Of a stretch of DNA of 64,000 bases, positions 16,097 through 27,408 are shown piece by piece (the stretch's first letter is position 1; every line of letters starts with the position of its first letter). The notes beneath the pieces are model-generated. The model did not search any database. It had not been told where the DNA came from and saw only the letters and a list, made by a program, of their open reading frames with translations. A program made the translations under genes and the position numbers. Source of the stretch: an uncultured candidatus Porisulfidus sp. (lineage in GTDB: Bacteria; Pseudomonadota; Gammaproteobacteria; Poriferisulfidales; Poriferisulfidaceae); assembly GCA_965199755.1 (NCBI GenBank), contig CBDASZ010000001.1, positions 673,509-737,508 on the forward strand. Direction: 5' to 3'.

Positions 16097-17146
16097 ATGT
16101 CACGTGAGGAATTGGACATGTGTGCTGTTGAGACGACCCTTCCACGCGATCAGCGCGACCGTCCGCTGCGCGATTTGCGGATTTCGGTCACGGACCGCTG
16201 CAATTTTCGCTGCACGTACTGCATGCCGAAGGAAATCTTCGGCGCGGACCATGTTTTCTTGCAACGTCCGCAATTACTGAGCTTTGAAGAAGTTGAGCGC
16301 GTCGCGCGCATTCTCGCAGGACTGGGCGTACACAAACTGCGCCTGACCGGAGGCGAGCCGCTGCTGCGCCGCCATCTGGATCGTCTGGTGACCTGCCTTG
16401 CCAATATTGAGGGCATTGATGATCTGTGTCTGACCACCAACGGGGCCTTGCTGAGCGCTGAGATGGCGCAGCAGTTGGCCGCGGCAGGACTAAATCGCGT
16501 CACCGTCAGTCTGGACGGCCTCAATAACGCCACTTTTCGGGAGCTGGTGGCCGCGCGTTGCAATGTGTCGCGTGTGCTCGATGCGATTGAGCACGCCGAG
16601 GCGGCGGGTCTGGGACCAGTGAAAGTCAACATGGTGGTCAAGCGCGGCATTAACGAGCAGGAAATCGTGCCGATGGCGGAATACTTCCGGGGCACGCCGC
16701 ATATCCTGCGCTTTATCGAATTTATGGATGTCGGCAGCACCAATCACTGGTGCCAGGAATCGGTTGTCCCAGCAAAAGAAGTGCTGCAGATAATTGAAGC
16801 GCAATGGCCGCTTGCGCCATTGGAGGAACACTATCGCGGCGAAGTCGCGCGCCGCTGGCACTATCAGGACGGGCAAGGTGAGATCGGCGTGATCGCCTCA
16901 GTCACCCAGCCGTTTTGTGGGGACTGCCACCGGCTTCGGCTCACTGCCGACGGCATGTTGTATACCTGTCTGTTCGCATCCAACGGGCATGACATCAAGG
17001 GGCCGCTGCGCGCTGGTGCCAGTGATGATACCCTGCGCCAGGATCTGATTCAATTGTGGCGCGATCGTGAGGATCGCTATTCCGAGTTGCGCAGCCAGCA
17101 GGCACCGCTGGAGCAGAAAGTAGAGATGTCGTATTTGGGAGGCTGA
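16097..17146 (+). CDS. moaA: GTP 3',8-cyclase (molybdenum cofactor biosynthesis, radical SAM)
   Basis: CNFRCTYCMP radical-SAM motif and C-terminal CGDCHRLRLTADG cluster motif; start may be a later Met. Confidence 0.88.
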   Translation: MSREELDMCAVETTLPRDQRDRPLRDLRISVTDRCNFRCTYCMPKEIFGADHVFLQRPQLLSFEEVERVARILAGLGVHKLRLTGGEPLLRRHLDRLVTCLANIEGIDDLCLTTNGALLSAEMAQQLAAAGLNRVTVSLDGLNNATFRELVAARCNVSRVLDAIEHAEAAGLGPVKVNMVVKRGINEQEIVPMAEYFRGTPHILRFIEFMDVGSTNHWCQESVVPAKEVLQIIEAQWPLAPLEEHYRGEVARRWHYQDGQGEIGVIASVTQPFCGDCHRLRLTADGMLYTCLFASNGHDIKGPLRAGASDDTLRQDLIQLWRDREDRYSELRSQQAPLEQKVEMSYLGG

Positions 17147-17159
17147 AGAGCCTCCTGTC

Positions 17160-18533
17160 TCAAAAAGGTAGCTCCAGATTTGGGTCCACCGCGAGCAGCT
17201 GCTCTCGAAACGCAGCCTGAATCCGCAGTAGCGCGGCTTCATCCGCTCCCTCGAAGCGCGTCACCACGCACGGCGTGGTATTGGAGGCGCGGGCCAGTCC
17301 AAACCCGTCCGCGAAGTCCGCGCGCAGCCCATCAATGCGTGTTAATCGCGCGTCAGGGAACGCGGCCTGCTCGGTGAACTGCTCGATAAACTGATGTTGT
17401 GCGCCGTCTTTATCAAACGGCAGATTGATCTCCGGCGTGACGCACGCCTGCGGCAGCGCGGCGAATACGGAACTCGCCGGGCGCGATTCGGCTGATAAGA
17501 TCTCCAGCAGTCGCGCGGCCGCATAGATGCCGTCATCGAAACCGTACCAGCGCTCCTTGAAGAACAGGTGCCCGCTCATTTCACCGCCGATGGAGGCACC
17601 GGTTTCAAGCATGCGGGCCTTGATGAATGAGTGGCCGGTGCGCGCCATCACGGGCAATCCGCCATGCGTCTCAATCACCTGCGGTAGCAAACTGGAGCAC
17701 TTGACATCAAAGACCACGGTGGCACCGGGGACGCGCTGCAGCACATCGGCCGCGTGCACCATGAGCTGGCGGTCCGCCCACAGAATGTCGCCCTGATCAT
17801 CAATCACGCCGCAGCGGTCGCCGTCACCGTCTAATGCGATACCAAGATCAAGATTTTCAGCGCGAACGCAGTCGATCAAGTCCTGCAGGTTGGCCGCATC
17901 CGAAGGATTCGGGTGGTGGTTCGGAAAGTTGCCGTCCACCTCGCAGTATAGCGGCACGACGTCTACATTGCAGGCGCACAAGGTCGCCAGCGCCAGCGGA
18001 CCAGCGGCACCATTGCCGGCATCTAGCGCGATGCGCATAGGCCGTTTGAGTGTGATGTCTGAAGCAATGCGACGAATATAGGCGTCGGTCATATCGCAGT
18101 GGATGCGTTCACCGGGGGTGGTGGCGGGCTGATAGGAATCATCAATATGCGCGCGCAGGGTCTGGATGTCCTCACCGGCGAGGGTATGGCCCTCCATCAT
18201 CATTTTGAAACCGTTGTATTCCGGTGGGTTGTGGCTGCCGGTCACCATCACGCCGCAGTCCAGTTCCAGTTCGTGCGCGGCGAAGTACAAAGCCGGAGTC
18301 GGCACCAGTCCGATGTCGTGGACGGTGACGCCGGCTTCAAGGAACCCGTCAATCAGCGCCTGTGCCAGCGCCTTGCTGGAGCAGCGGCCGTCGCGCCCGA
18401 CGGCGAGGGCGCGGACATTGGGGTAGACCTGTGCGAGGGTGCGCCCCAGTTGTCGGGCAAAGTCCTCGGTCAATTCGCGCTCGGCAATGCCGCGAATATC
18501 GTAAGCCCGGAAGATATGAGACGGAGTGCTCAC
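17160..18533 (-). CDS. Phosphomannomutase/phosphoglucomutase (AlgC/ManB family)
   Basis: Active-site [11 protein letters not shown] and GEMSGHLFF motifs; 457 aa. Confidence 0.88.
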   Translation of the reverse strand: MSTPSHIFRAYDIRGIAERELTEDFARQLGRTLAQVYPNVRALAVGRDGRCSSKALAQALIDGFLEAGVTVHDIGLVPTPALYFAAHELELDCGVMVTGSHNPPEYNGFKMMMEGHTLAGEDIQTLRAHIDDSYQPATTPGERIHCDMTDAYIRRIASDITLKRPMRIALDAGNGAAGPLALATLCACNVDVVPLYCEVDGNFPNHHPNPSDAANLQDLIDCVRAENLDLGIALDGDGDRCGVIDDQGDILWADRQLMVHAADVLQRVPGATVVFDVKCSSLLPQVIETHGGLPVMARTGHSFIKARMLETGASIGGEMSGHLFFKERWYGFDDGIYAAARLLEILSAESRPASSVFAALPQACVTPEINLPFDKDGAQHQFIEQFTEQAAFPDARLTRIDGLRADFADGFGLARASNTTPCVVTRFEGADEAALLRIQAAFREQLLAVDPNLELPF

Positions 18534-19000
18534 TGGGTTCCGCTATGCCCGAATCCGCCCGTGCCGCGTTCGCTGCTTGTGAACTCCTCCACGACCTCGA
18601 ACTGCATCTGCTGTACCGGCACCAGCACCAGTTGCGCAATGCGCTCACCGACTTCAATGGTGAACGGCTCGGTGCCGCGGTTCCAGCAGGAAATCATCAA
18701 CTCACCCTGATAATCGGAGTCAATCAGGCCGACCAGATTGCCCAGCACAATGCCGTGCTTGTGTCCCAGCCCGGAGCGCGGCAGAATCACTGCGGCGTAA
18801 GCCGGATCGTCAATGTGGATGGCGAACCCGGAAGGGATCAGTTCGGTCTGTCCGGGCTGCAGGCACAGGGGTTCGCGCAGACAGGCGCGCAAGTCCAGCC
18901 CGGCGGAGCCATCGGTGGCGTGTTCGGGCAGGGGGATGTCGCCGCCGAGGCGATCATCCAGCAGGCGAATTTTGATGCGCTGCACGGTGCTGGAACTCAA
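18530..19000 (-). CDS. dut: dUTP diphosphatase
   Basis: [19 protein letters not shown] and [29 protein letters not shown] match E. coli Dut; the true start may be an in-frame GTG slightly downstream. Confidence 0.9.
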   Translation of the reverse strand: MSSSTVQRIKIRLLDDRLGGDIPLPEHATDGSAGLDLRACLREPLCLQPGQTELIPSGFAIHIDDPAYAAVILPRSGLGHKHGIVLGNLVGLIDSDYQGELMISCWNRGTEPFTIEVGERIAQLVLVPVQQMQFEVVEEFTSSERGTGGFGHSGTQ

Positions 19001-20201
19001 TGACGGAAGCGGTACGGGTGAAGTGGGCGGCGAGGCGTTCGATCAGCTGGCGCGCTAGTACGGATTTGCTCGCCGGACCGAGGCTGTGGACGCCTTCGGC
19101 GCTGACGATTTCCAGCCGGGATTCAATATCGCCGAAGCCCTGACCGTCACCAATGTGGTTGGCCACAATCCAGTCAGCTCCCTTAGCCCGCAGTTTGCTG
19201 CGCGCATTCTCAATCAACTGTTCGGTCTCCGCGGCGAAGCCGACCACGAAGGGGCGTGGATTCCAGCGGCTGATCTGCGCCAGAATATCCGGCGTGGGTT
19301 CGAGTTCCAGCGAAAATGCGCCGGTGGTTTTCTTGTATTTTTGCAACGTTGGATTGGTGACGCGCCAGTCGGAGACGGCAGCGCTCGCAACCACCAGATC
19401 GCAGCCACGCCCGTGTGTCGTAACCGCCTGCAGCATATCCTCGGCCGACTCCACCGAGATGACTTCGGCACCTTCCGGGAGCGGCGCGCTGATCGGCCCG
19501 CATGCAAGCGTGACCTTCGCGCCCTGATCGAGCAGAGCTTCTGCGATGGCGCAACCCAGACGCCCGCTGCTGTAATTGCTGATATAGCGTGCCGGATCAA
19601 TTTTCTCACGGGTGGGGCCCGCGGTCACCAGCGCATGAATACCCTGCAGAACGCGGCTGGAACCCAGGGCGCGCAGCACCTCGATGAGTTCTTCCGGCTG
19701 CGGCATGCGCCCGGTGCCGACTTCGCCGCAGGCGTGCTCGCCCTGATCAGGCTCCAGCACAGTGAGTCCGCGCTGGCGCAGGGTTGCGACATTGTTCTGG
19801 GTGGCCGCGCTTCCCCACATGGCGGGATTCATCGCTGGCGCGATCAGCAATGGCGCACGGGTCGCCAGACACACGGTGGTGAGCAAGTCATCCGCCGCAC
19901 CGGAAGCCAAGCGAGACAGACACTGTGCGCTGGCCGGCGCGATCAGCATCGCATCGGCCCATCGGGCCAGTTCGATATGGCTCATGGCGCGTTCCGCGTC
20001 GCGGTCGAACAGGGCGTCGCGCACGCTTCTCCCGCTCAGAGCTTCCAGCACCATCGGGCTGACGAATTGCCGGGCGGATTCCGTCATGATAACCTGGACT
20101 TCGGCACCTTCGCGTTGCAACTGGCGCACCAGTTCGCAGGTCTTGTAGGCGGCGATGCTGCCGGTGATTCCCAGCAGGATTTTGCGGTGTTTGAGGTTCA
20201 T
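18954..20201 (-). CDS. coaBC: Bifunctional phosphopantothenoylcysteine decarboxylase/synthetase
   Basis: N-terminal flavoprotein motif [13 protein letters not shown]; 415 aa with a CoaB-like C-terminal half. Confidence 0.92.
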   Translation of the reverse strand: MNLKHRKILLGITGSIAAYKTCELVRQLQREGAEVQVIMTESARQFVSPMVLEALSGRSVRDALFDRDAERAMSHIELARWADAMLIAPASAQCLSRLASGAADDLLTTVCLATRAPLLIAPAMNPAMWGSAATQNNVATLRQRGLTVLEPDQGEHACGEVGTGRMPQPEELIEVLRALGSSRVLQGIHALVTAGPTREKIDPARYISNYSSGRLGCAIAEALLDQGAKVTLACGPISAPLPEGAEVISVESAEDMLQAVTTHGRGCDLVVASAAVSDWRVTNPTLQKYKKTTGAFSLELEPTPDILAQISRWNPRPFVVGFAAETEQLIENARSKLRAKGADWIVANHIGDGQGFGDIESRLEIVSAEGVHSLGPASKSVLARQLIERLAAHFTRTASVIEFQHRAAHQNSPAG

Positions 20202-21343
20202 TCGGGGCAGTTTAACAAAAACCCCTCCAATGCTTGCAGCAGTTGATCAATCTGCGAGTGGCTGTGCGATGCGGACAGGGTGATGCGCAGCCGGGCACTG
20301 CCTTCAGGCACCGCGGGAGGACGAATGGCGCGTACGGCCAGACCGCACTGGCGCAAATGCGCACTGGCTTCCAGAGCGCGTGTCGCGGTGCCCAGAACAA
20401 TCGGCTGAATGGCGCTTCGGGATTCCATCACCGGAATCTTCTGCTCGGCGGCGCACTGGCGAAAGTAGGCGATGTTGTCTCGCAACTGTGCCATCGGCGC
20501 GGTGTCTTCTTCAAGCAGACCCAGGCCCTGCAAGGCTGCGGCGGCAAGCGGTGGTGCCAAGGCCGTGTCATAAATATAACTGCGTGCATATTGCAGCAGG
20601 TGTTCAATCAGGTCGTGCGGACCTGCGACAAATCCGCCCTGAGCGCCCAGTGCCTTCCCCAAAGTGCCGACCAGCAACGGGATATCGTCCTGCTCCAAAG
20701 CGTGCTCCTCGAGCAAGCCCGCACCGCTCTCACCCAGCACGCCCAGACCATGCGCATCATCACATAGCAGCAATGCGTCGTGTTGTTGGGCAAGTTGCGC
20801 CAGTGCGGCAATCGGAGCGGTGTCGCCGTCCATGCTGAAGACGCCATCGGTCAGGATCATGCTCGCGCCATGTTGTGTCAGCAGTTGCGCGGCGTGTTCG
20901 GCGTCAACGTGCTGGTAGCGCTGCCGCACGGCACCGCTGAGGGTGACGGCATCGACTAGCGAGGCATGATTCTGACGGTCTCCGAGGATCGTGTCGGAGC
21001 GCTGCGCGAGCGCGGTGACGCAGCCGAGGTTGGTCAGATAGCCGGAGGAGAACACCAATGCGCGGTCGCGCCTGGTGAAGCGTGCCAGCGCCTCTTCCAG
21101 TGCTTCGTGAACTTGCGTGTATCCGGTGATGAGGGCAGATGCCCCCGCGCCTGCACCATAACGCTGCGCGGCTTTGCTCAGTGCTTCCTGCAGCAGCGGA
21201 TGGTTGCTGAATCCCAGATAGTCGTTGCTGCAGAGGTCAATCAGCGAAGTGCCGTCGAGTTGTCGCTGCGGACTTGCGCCCTGTTCGCACCGCCAGCGCA
21301 CCCGCCGTGCGTCTTCAGCACGCGGGACGCGCCAGTCCTTCAT
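20198..21343 (-). CDS. bioF: 8-amino-7-oxononanoate synthase
   Basis: PLP-dependent class II aminotransferase fold (DEAHGLGVLG, SFSKALG-like TLGKALG); I trimmed the ORF to the internal Met (MKDWRV), giving 381 aa. Confidence 0.85.
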   Translation of the reverse strand: MKDWRVPRAEDARRVRWRCEQGASPQRQLDGTSLIDLCSNDYLGFSNHPLLQEALSKAAQRYGAGAGASALITGYTQVHEALEEALARFTRRDRALVFSSGYLTNLGCVTALAQRSDTILGDRQNHASLVDAVTLSGAVRQRYQHVDAEHAAQLLTQHGASMILTDGVFSMDGDTAPIAALAQLAQQHDALLLCDDAHGLGVLGESGAGLLEEHALEQDDIPLLVGTLGKALGAQGGFVAGPHDLIEHLLQYARSYIYDTALAPPLAAAALQGLGLLEEDTAPMAQLRDNIAYFRQCAAEQKIPVMESRSAIQPIVLGTATRALEASAHLRQCGLAVRAIRPPAVPEGSARLRITLSASHSHSQIDQLLQALEGFLLNCPE

Positions 21344-21354
21344 AGAAAGTGAGG

Positions 21355-22320
21355 TCAGGGGAGGGGTGAACTGCCGGCTTGCGCGTCCAGCCCCAGACGC
21401 GCGAACAGCGCCTGATCCCGGGACGTATCCGGGTTGGGTGTTGTCAACAGGGTTTCGCCGTAGAACACGGAGTTGGCTCCGGCGAAAAAGCACAGCGCCT
21501 GCGTCTCGTCACTCATGTCTTCACGCCCGGCTGACAGGCGTACCATGGAGGCCGGCATGGTGATGCGCGCGGCCGCGATGACGCGCACGAACTCTAGCGG
21601 ATCCAGCGCACTCGCCTCGGCTAAAGGCGTGCCTTCGACACGCACCAGCAAGTTGATCGGCACGGACTCAGGGTGCGGATTTTGCGCCGCGAGTTGCGCC
21701 AGCAGGCCGGCTCGGTCTTGTCGGGATTCTCCCATGCCCAGAATGCCGCCGCTGCAGACATGAATGCCGGCATCGCGCACGTGGCGCAAGGTGTCGAGAC
21801 GTTCCTGATAGTCGCGAGTGGTGATGATCTCGCCATAGAATTCCGGCGAGGTGTCGAGGTTGTGGTTGTAGTAGTCCAGTCCGCACGACGCCAGCCTTTG
21901 GGCTTGCGCCTCATTCAGCATGCCGAGCGTCACGCAGGTCTCAAGACCTTCGTCTTGCACCACTTCGATCATGCGCATGACGCCGTCCAGATCGCGATCG
22001 GTCGGTGCGCGCCAGGCCGCGCCCATGCAGAATCGGCTGGCACCGCTTTGCGCCGCGCGGTGCGCAGCACTGCGCACCTCATCCAGGTCCAGCAGTTTCT
22101 CGCGCTCAAGACCCGTGGCGTAGTGCGCGCTTTGCGGGCAGTAGGCGCAGTCTTCCGGGCAGCCGCCGGTCTTAATGGAAAGCAGGGTGCTGATTTGCAC
22201 CTGATTGACAGGGTGGTGTTCACGGTGGAGGGTTTGCGCGCGATACAGAAGATCGTTGAAGGGCAAGCCGATCAGTTGGGTGATTTCGGCAGCCGTCCAG
22301 TCGTAGCGCAAGGCAGACAT
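21355..22320 (-). CDS. bioB: Biotin synthase
   Basis: Radical-SAM [11 protein letters not shown] motif; 321 aa. Confidence 0.93.
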   Translation of the reverse strand: MSALRYDWTAAEITQLIGLPFNDLLYRAQTLHREHHPVNQVQISTLLSIKTGGCPEDCAYCPQSAHYATGLEREKLLDLDEVRSAAHRAAQSGASRFCMGAAWRAPTDRDLDGVMRMIEVVQDEGLETCVTLGMLNEAQAQRLASCGLDYYNHNLDTSPEFYGEIITTRDYQERLDTLRHVRDAGIHVCSGGILGMGESRQDRAGLLAQLAAQNPHPESVPINLLVRVEGTPLAEASALDPLEFVRVIAAARITMPASMVRLSAGREDMSDETQALCFFAGANSVFYGETLLTTPNPDTSRDQALFARLGLDAQAGSSPLP

Positions 22321-22357
22321 AACGCGGACAGATTATAGGGGGTTCGCGCCGGAGTGC

Positions 22358-23281
22358 TTACAGGATGCTTGCCATGCGTGTCGTCGCATCCGTTACTTCC
22401 AGCACGATGCCGACCCAGATAACAGCGCCGACCCGCGGGTTCTGCAAAAAAGCGCGCAGACACCGGGCGCTTTCTCTGCGTCGGCAACTGTATAACTGCC
22501 ATGCCAGAAGTCCGCCGACGACCGCCAGACTTAATGCGTATGCCGCGCCCAGCCCAAGCTGTGCTCCCGCCAGCCACAGCGTGCCCAGAAACGCTCCCTG
22601 CAAGAGTCCGATGATCACCAGATCAAAGCGCCCGAACAAGATCGCGGTGGAACGATTGCCGACCTTCAGGTCATCATCGCGGTCCGCCATGGCGTACAGC
22701 GTGTCGTAGGCAATCACCCACAACACCGTGGCGAGAAACAGTAACCACCCCCAGAGTTGGGGCCAGTCGCCGGTGCTGGCGGTGATAGCGATCGGCACAG
22801 AGAATGCGAAGGCGAACCCCAGATGCAGTTGCGGGCCGTGATGCCAGCGTTTGGCGTACGGATAACTGATAGCGAGTAATGCGGCCGGGATGGCCAGCAT
22901 CAGACTCAACGCCGGCAGCAATAGCGCCAGTCCCAGCGCGACGGCGAACAATACCGCGGCCGCCTGCACACCGGCGCGCGGAGGTAGGGCACCGCTTGCG
23001 AGTGGGCGCTCGCGGGTGCGCGCGACCTGTGCGTCGAGTTCGCGATCAGCGTAGTCATTGATGGCGCAGCCGGCGGAGCGCATGACGACAACCCCCAGCA
23101 CGATGATGATGAGCAGCCGTGATTCCGGCCAGTCTCCGGCGGCCAGCCATAGCGCCCACAGAGGCGGCCACAGTAACAAATAAATGCCAACCGGGCGATC
23201 CAGCCGGAGCAATCGGATATAGACATCCAGCGTTGGAGATCGGGCGAAAAGTGACATGCAGAGGGCTTGGGGAGCGGTCAA
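22358..23281 (-). CDS. ubiA: 4-hydroxybenzoate polyprenyltransferase
   Basis: Polytopic membrane protein with LDRPVGIYLLLWP and NDYADRELD (UbiA prenyltransferase aspartate-rich motif). Confidence 0.88.
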   Translation of the reverse strand: MTAPQALCMSLFARSPTLDVYIRLLRLDRPVGIYLLLWPPLWALWLAAGDWPESRLLIIIVLGVVVMRSAGCAINDYADRELDAQVARTRERPLASGALPPRAGVQAAAVLFAVALGLALLLPALSLMLAIPAALLAISYPYAKRWHHGPQLHLGFAFAFSVPIAITASTGDWPQLWGWLLFLATVLWVIAYDTLYAMADRDDDLKVGNRSTAILFGRFDLVIIGLLQGAFLGTLWLAGAQLGLGAAYALSLAVVGGLLAWQLYSCRRRESARCLRAFLQNPRVGAVIWVGIVLEVTDATTRMASIL

Positions 23282-23350
23282 TATTTCTGCAGATGTAGTT
23301 TAACCAAGTAAGATAGCCTGCTCAAACGGGCACCGGAACCGCTTATGGCG

Positions 23351-24820
23351 ATGAAAATTGAGGAAGCACTAACCTTTGATGACGTGCTTCTGGTGCCGGG
23401 CCACTCGGAGGTTTTGCCACGCGAGGTGGCGCTCTCCACACCGCTCGTTCCCGGGCTGGACCTCAACATTCCATTTCTGTCCGCCGCCATGGACACCGTT
23501 ACTGAGGCGGAACTCGCTATTGCCATGGCGCAGGAAGGCGGCCTCGGCGTGGTGCACAAGAATCTGAGTATCGAGGCGCAGGCCGAACAGGTCCGCCGCG
23601 TCAAGAAATACGAAAGCGGCGTGATCCGCGAACCGCTGACCACCCATCCTCAGGCCAGCGTCTCCGAAGTGCTGGAACTGACCCGCGCGCATAACATCTC
23701 CGGTGTGCCGGTGGTCGACGGTGAGAATCTGGTCGGCATCGTCACGCATCGGGATTTGCGTTTCGAGACCAATCTGGCGCAGCCGGTGTCCGCCATTATG
23801 ACGCCGCGTGACCGACTGATTACAGCGCCGGAAGGCACTGCGCTGTCGGTGGTGCAGGATTCGCTGCGCGAGCACAGAATTGAGAAGTTGCTGATCGTGG
23901 ATAGCGAGTTTCGTCTGCGTGGCATGGTGACGGTCAAGGACATCCAGAAATCGACTGACTACCCGAACTCCTGCAAGGATGAGCAGGGCAGCCTGCGCGT
24001 CAGCGCCGCAGTCGGCGCGGACAGTGACGGCATGGAGCGTGCCGCTGCGCTGGTGGAGGCGGGCGCGGATGTGCTGACGCTCGATAGCGCACACGGACAC
24101 TCCGAAGGAGTGCTTGCGCGGATTCGTGAGATGCGCGCGGCTTGGCCGGATCTGCGGCTGATTGCCGGCAATGTGGCGATCGGAGAGGGCGCGGTGGCGC
24201 TGGCAGATGCTGGTGCGAATGCGGTCAAGGTCGGGGTGGGTCCCGGTTCGATCTGCACCACCCGCGTGGTGGCGGGTGTGGGCATGCCGCAGGTGTCGGC
24301 CATTATGAATGTCACTGCGGCTTTGGCGGAGCGCGGCGGCGACCCTGTTCCGGTGATCGCGGATGGCGGAATTCGTTATTCCGGCGACGCGATGAAGGCA
24401 CTGGCGGCAGGCGCATCCACCGTGATGATCGGCTCATTGCTCGCCGGCGTCAGTGAGGCACCGGGTGAGGTGGAGTTGTATCAGGGGCGTTCGTACAAGC
24501 TGTACCGCGGCATGGGTTCGCTCGGTGCGATGCAGCGCGGCTCACGAGAGCGCTACTTTCAAGGCGAGACCGAGGAAGCCGCCAAATTGGTGCCGGAAGG
24601 CATTGAAGGGCGGGTGCCGTACAAAGGCCCCTTGTCCGGTGTCATTCACCAGTTGGTCGGCGGCGTTCGCTCCGGCATGGGTTACATCGGTGCCGGCACG
24701 ATGAGCGAACTCCATGCGCGGGCGCGCATGGTACGCGTGACACTGGCAGGTCTGCGCGAAAGCCACGCGCACGACGTGTTGATCACCAAAGAGGCGCCGA
24801 ACTACCGCACCGAGATCTGA
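23351..24820 (+). CDS. guaB: IMP dehydrogenase
   Basis: [16 protein letters not shown] start, two CBS domains, and catalytic [11 protein letters not shown] loop. Confidence 0.95.
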   Translation: MKIEEALTFDDVLLVPGHSEVLPREVALSTPLVPGLDLNIPFLSAAMDTVTEAELAIAMAQEGGLGVVHKNLSIEAQAEQVRRVKKYESGVIREPLTTHPQASVSEVLELTRAHNISGVPVVDGENLVGIVTHRDLRFETNLAQPVSAIMTPRDRLITAPEGTALSVVQDSLREHRIEKLLIVDSEFRLRGMVTVKDIQKSTDYPNSCKDEQGSLRVSAAVGADSDGMERAAALVEAGADVLTLDSAHGHSEGVLARIREMRAAWPDLRLIAGNVAIGEGAVALADAGANAVKVGVGPGSICTTRVVAGVGMPQVSAIMNVTAALAERGGDPVPVIADGGIRYSGDAMKALAAGASTVMIGSLLAGVSEAPGEVELYQGRSYKLYRGMGSLGAMQRGSRERYFQGETEEAAKLVPEGIEGRVPYKGPLSGVIHQLVGGVRSGMGYIGAGTMSELHARARMVRVTLAGLRESHAHDVLITKEAPNYRTEI

Positions 24821-24823
24821 TTC

Positions 24824-26374
24824 GTGCCCGCGGATATCCACGCTGAACGAATTCTGGTTCTGGATTTCGGTTCACAGACCACGCAGTTGATCGCGCGGCG
24901 TGTGCGCGAGGCGGGCTGCTACTGCGAGATTTACGCTTGCGACGCCAGTGCGGAGGAAATTCGCGCCTTCGCGCCGCGCGGCATCGTGATGTCCGGCGGC
25001 CCCGAGACCACCACCGAGGAAGTTCATCCGCCAGTGCCGGAGGCGGTGCTGAAACTGGAGGTTCCGGTGCTGGGTATTTGCTACGGTATGCAGGCGCTGG
25101 CGCTGCGTCTGGACGGCACCGTACATGCCGGGGAGTGTCGTGAGTTCGGGCACGCCACGATCCGCCGCATGCAGGCGCACCCGCTGCTGGATGCGCTGGG
25201 TGAGGATGCCACCGTGTGGATGTCGCATGGCGATCATGTCACGGCTGTCCCGGAAGGGTTCGCAGTGCTGGCGGATACCGAATCCATACCGGTCGCCGCC
25301 ATGGCGCATCAAGAGCGCCCGTGGTTCGGCTTGCAGTTTCACCCGGAGGTTACGCATACGCCGGGCGGGAGTGATCTGTTCGCGTGGTTTGTTCGCGAGG
25401 TGTGCGGATGTCACGGGCTGTGGCGGCCGCAGGCGATCATTGAAGACTGCATTGAGTCGGTGCGCGCACAAGTCGCGGATCGTGGCGTGGTGCTGGCGCT
25501 GTCTGGCGGTGTGGATTCCTCCGTGGTGGCGGCTTTGCTCGGACGCGCCATTGGCGAGCAGTTGCATTGCATTTTCGTGGACAACGGCCTGTTGCGTGAA
25601 GGCGAGGGCGATCAGGTCATGCGCACGTTTGGCGAGTTGGGCGTGGAAGTGATTCGTGTGAATGCGCAGGAACGGTTTTATGCGGCGCTGGCGGGGGTGG
25701 CAGACCCTGAAGAAAAACGACGCATTATCGGACGCGAGTTCATCCACGTGTTTCAGGAAGAAGCGGAGAAGTTGACGGATGTGCGCTATCTGGCGCAAGG
25801 GACGATCTATCCTGATGTGATCGAATCAGCCGCGGCGGCGAGTGGCAAGGCGCACCTGATCAAGTCACACCATAACGTCGGTGGTTTGCCGGAGACGCTG
25901 CATCTGGAACTGGTCGAGCCGTTGCGTGAGTTGTTTAAAGACGAGGTTCGCCGTCTGGGGCACGAACTGGGTTTGCCGGCTGAATTGATCGGACGTCATC
26001 CGTTTCCCGGCCCTGGACTGGGGGTGCGTATTCTCGGCGAGGTGCGTGAGGAGTACGCGCGTCTGGCGCGCGCGGCCGATCATATCTTTATTGAAGAGTT
26101 GCGTGCCGCCGATTTGTACGATCAGGTGGCGCAGGCATTTGTGGTGTTTCTGCCGGTACGGGCGGTGGGTGTGATGGGAGACGGACGACGCTATGACTAT
26201 GTGGTCAGCTTGCGGGCGGTGGAGACGCAGGATTTTATGACGGCGCGATGGGCGCGACTGCCTGCGGAGTTTCTGGAGTGCTGTGCTCGACGCATCATCA
26301 ACGAGGTGGAAGGCATCGCGCGGGTGTGCTATGACATCTCCAGCAAGCCGCCTGCCACGGTTGAATGGGAATAA
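24824..26374 (+). CDS. guaA: GMP synthase (glutamine-hydrolysing)
   Basis: GTG start; [20 protein letters not shown] glutamine amidotransferase domain, [11 protein letters not shown]-pyrophosphatase P-loop, ends ...PATVEWE. Confidence 0.95.
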   Translation: MPADIHAERILVLDFGSQTTQLIARRVREAGCYCEIYACDASAEEIRAFAPRGIVMSGGPETTTEEVHPPVPEAVLKLEVPVLGICYGMQALALRLDGTVHAGECREFGHATIRRMQAHPLLDALGEDATVWMSHGDHVTAVPEGFAVLADTESIPVAAMAHQERPWFGLQFHPEVTHTPGGSDLFAWFVREVCGCHGLWRPQAIIEDCIESVRAQVADRGVVLALSGGVDSSVVAALLGRAIGEQLHCIFVDNGLLREGEGDQVMRTFGELGVEVIRVNAQERFYAALAGVADPEEKRRIIGREFIHVFQEEAEKLTDVRYLAQGTIYPDVIESAAAASGKAHLIKSHHNVGGLPETLHLELVEPLRELFKDEVRRLGHELGLPAELIGRHPFPGPGLGVRILGEVREEYARLARAADHIFIEELRAADLYDQVAQAFVVFLPVRAVGVMGDGRRYDYVVSLRAVETQDFMTARWARLPAEFLECCARRIINEVEGIARVCYDISSKPPATVEWE

Positions 26375-26413
26375 TACGGCGACTAATGCTGGAAACGGCA
26401 GGAGGGTAAGAGG

Positions 26414-26758
26414 GTGCCTTTAACGAGAGATTTTAGGATCACTATCCAGAAGCGTAATCAGCGAGACCCTGCATTTTGCAGGGCCCTGTTGCAAGGAATA
26501 GCCGAACTTATTCTTGCCGATGATACTGTCATCGCCAAGAAAGTCATGCGAGACTATATTAATGCGACGATCGGTTTTGAGGAGTTGGCCCGGAACCTTG
26601 ACAAGTTGAGCAAGAGTCTGATGCGTATGTTTAGCCGCGATGGGAATCCGCAACTGAAGAACTTGTCCGCAGTGATTCATTGCCTGCAGAAGAAAAAAGG
26701 CATCCGTCTGGAAGTCAAGGCTCGGGACCTGGAGATCGAAGCCGCGAAAGCAGCTTAA
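26414..26758 (+). CDS. HTH-type addiction-module antidote-like protein (HigA/TIGR02684-like) with no adjacent toxin gene
   Basis: 114 aa; C-terminal SKSLMRMFSRDGNPQLKNLSAVIHCLQKKKGIRLEV resembles the antidote family pattern S..L.R..S.DGNP.L..L..V..LG.RL.V. Confidence 0.6.
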   Translation: MPLTRDFRITIQKRNQRDPAFCRALLQGIAELILADDTVIAKKVMRDYINATIGFEELARNLDKLSKSLMRMFSRDGNPQLKNLSAVIHCLQKKKGIRLEVKARDLEIEAAKAA

Positions 26759-26792
26759 GCAGTGGCACCGCCAGTACAGATGATGAGGGACG

Positions 26793-27251
26793 ATGTTTAC
26801 CGATGATCACTGGATGGAGCAGGCACTGGAATTGGCGCGGTCGGCTGAAGAGGCCGGCGAGGTTCCGGTCGGTGCCCTTGTGGTCTGCCAAGACCAGGTG
26901 ATCGGGCGTGGAAGCAATAGCAGCATCGCGTGGAGCGATCCCAGTGCGCACGCCGAGGTTGTGGCATTGCGTGAGGCTGGACGCACGCGCGGCAACTATC
27001 GCCTCACAGACGCGGTGGTTTATGTCACGCTGGAGCCGTGCATGATGTGTGTGGGTGCCATGATCACGGCGCGCATCAATCGACTGGTGTTTGGTGCCAC
27101 CGATTCCAAGGCGGGATTTCTGGGTGGTGCCTTTGATGCGCGTGAGCTGGAATTTCCGAACCATTGCTTTGAGGTGACTGCGGGAGTCTGCGCCGAGCAG
27201 AGCGCGGCGCTGCTACAGGATTTTTTCAGACGGCGGCGTGTGGCGCAGTAG
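26793..27251 (+). CDS. tadA: tRNA adenosine(34) deaminase
   Basis: CDA zinc motifs HAEVVALREAG and TLEPCMMCVGAM; 152 aa. Confidence 0.9.
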   Translation: MFTDDHWMEQALELARSAEEAGEVPVGALVVCQDQVIGRGSNSSIAWSDPSAHAEVVALREAGRTRGNYRLTDAVVYVTLEPCMMCVGAMITARINRLVFGATDSKAGFLGGAFDARELEFPNHCFEVTAGVCAEQSAALLQDFFRRRRVAQ

Positions 27252-27408
27252 GCCAGATGCCTCTGCGGGGCTCCTCATTTTGTTGTTATTTGATTCGGCT
27301 ATAATGGCGCATCGTTGTGAGGCCGCTAACTTGGTCTTGGCAGCGAATTTGCAAAGACACTTTATAATTGAGCCCGCAACCTGCGTTATCCGCTCATAAG
27401 ATTTCTAT

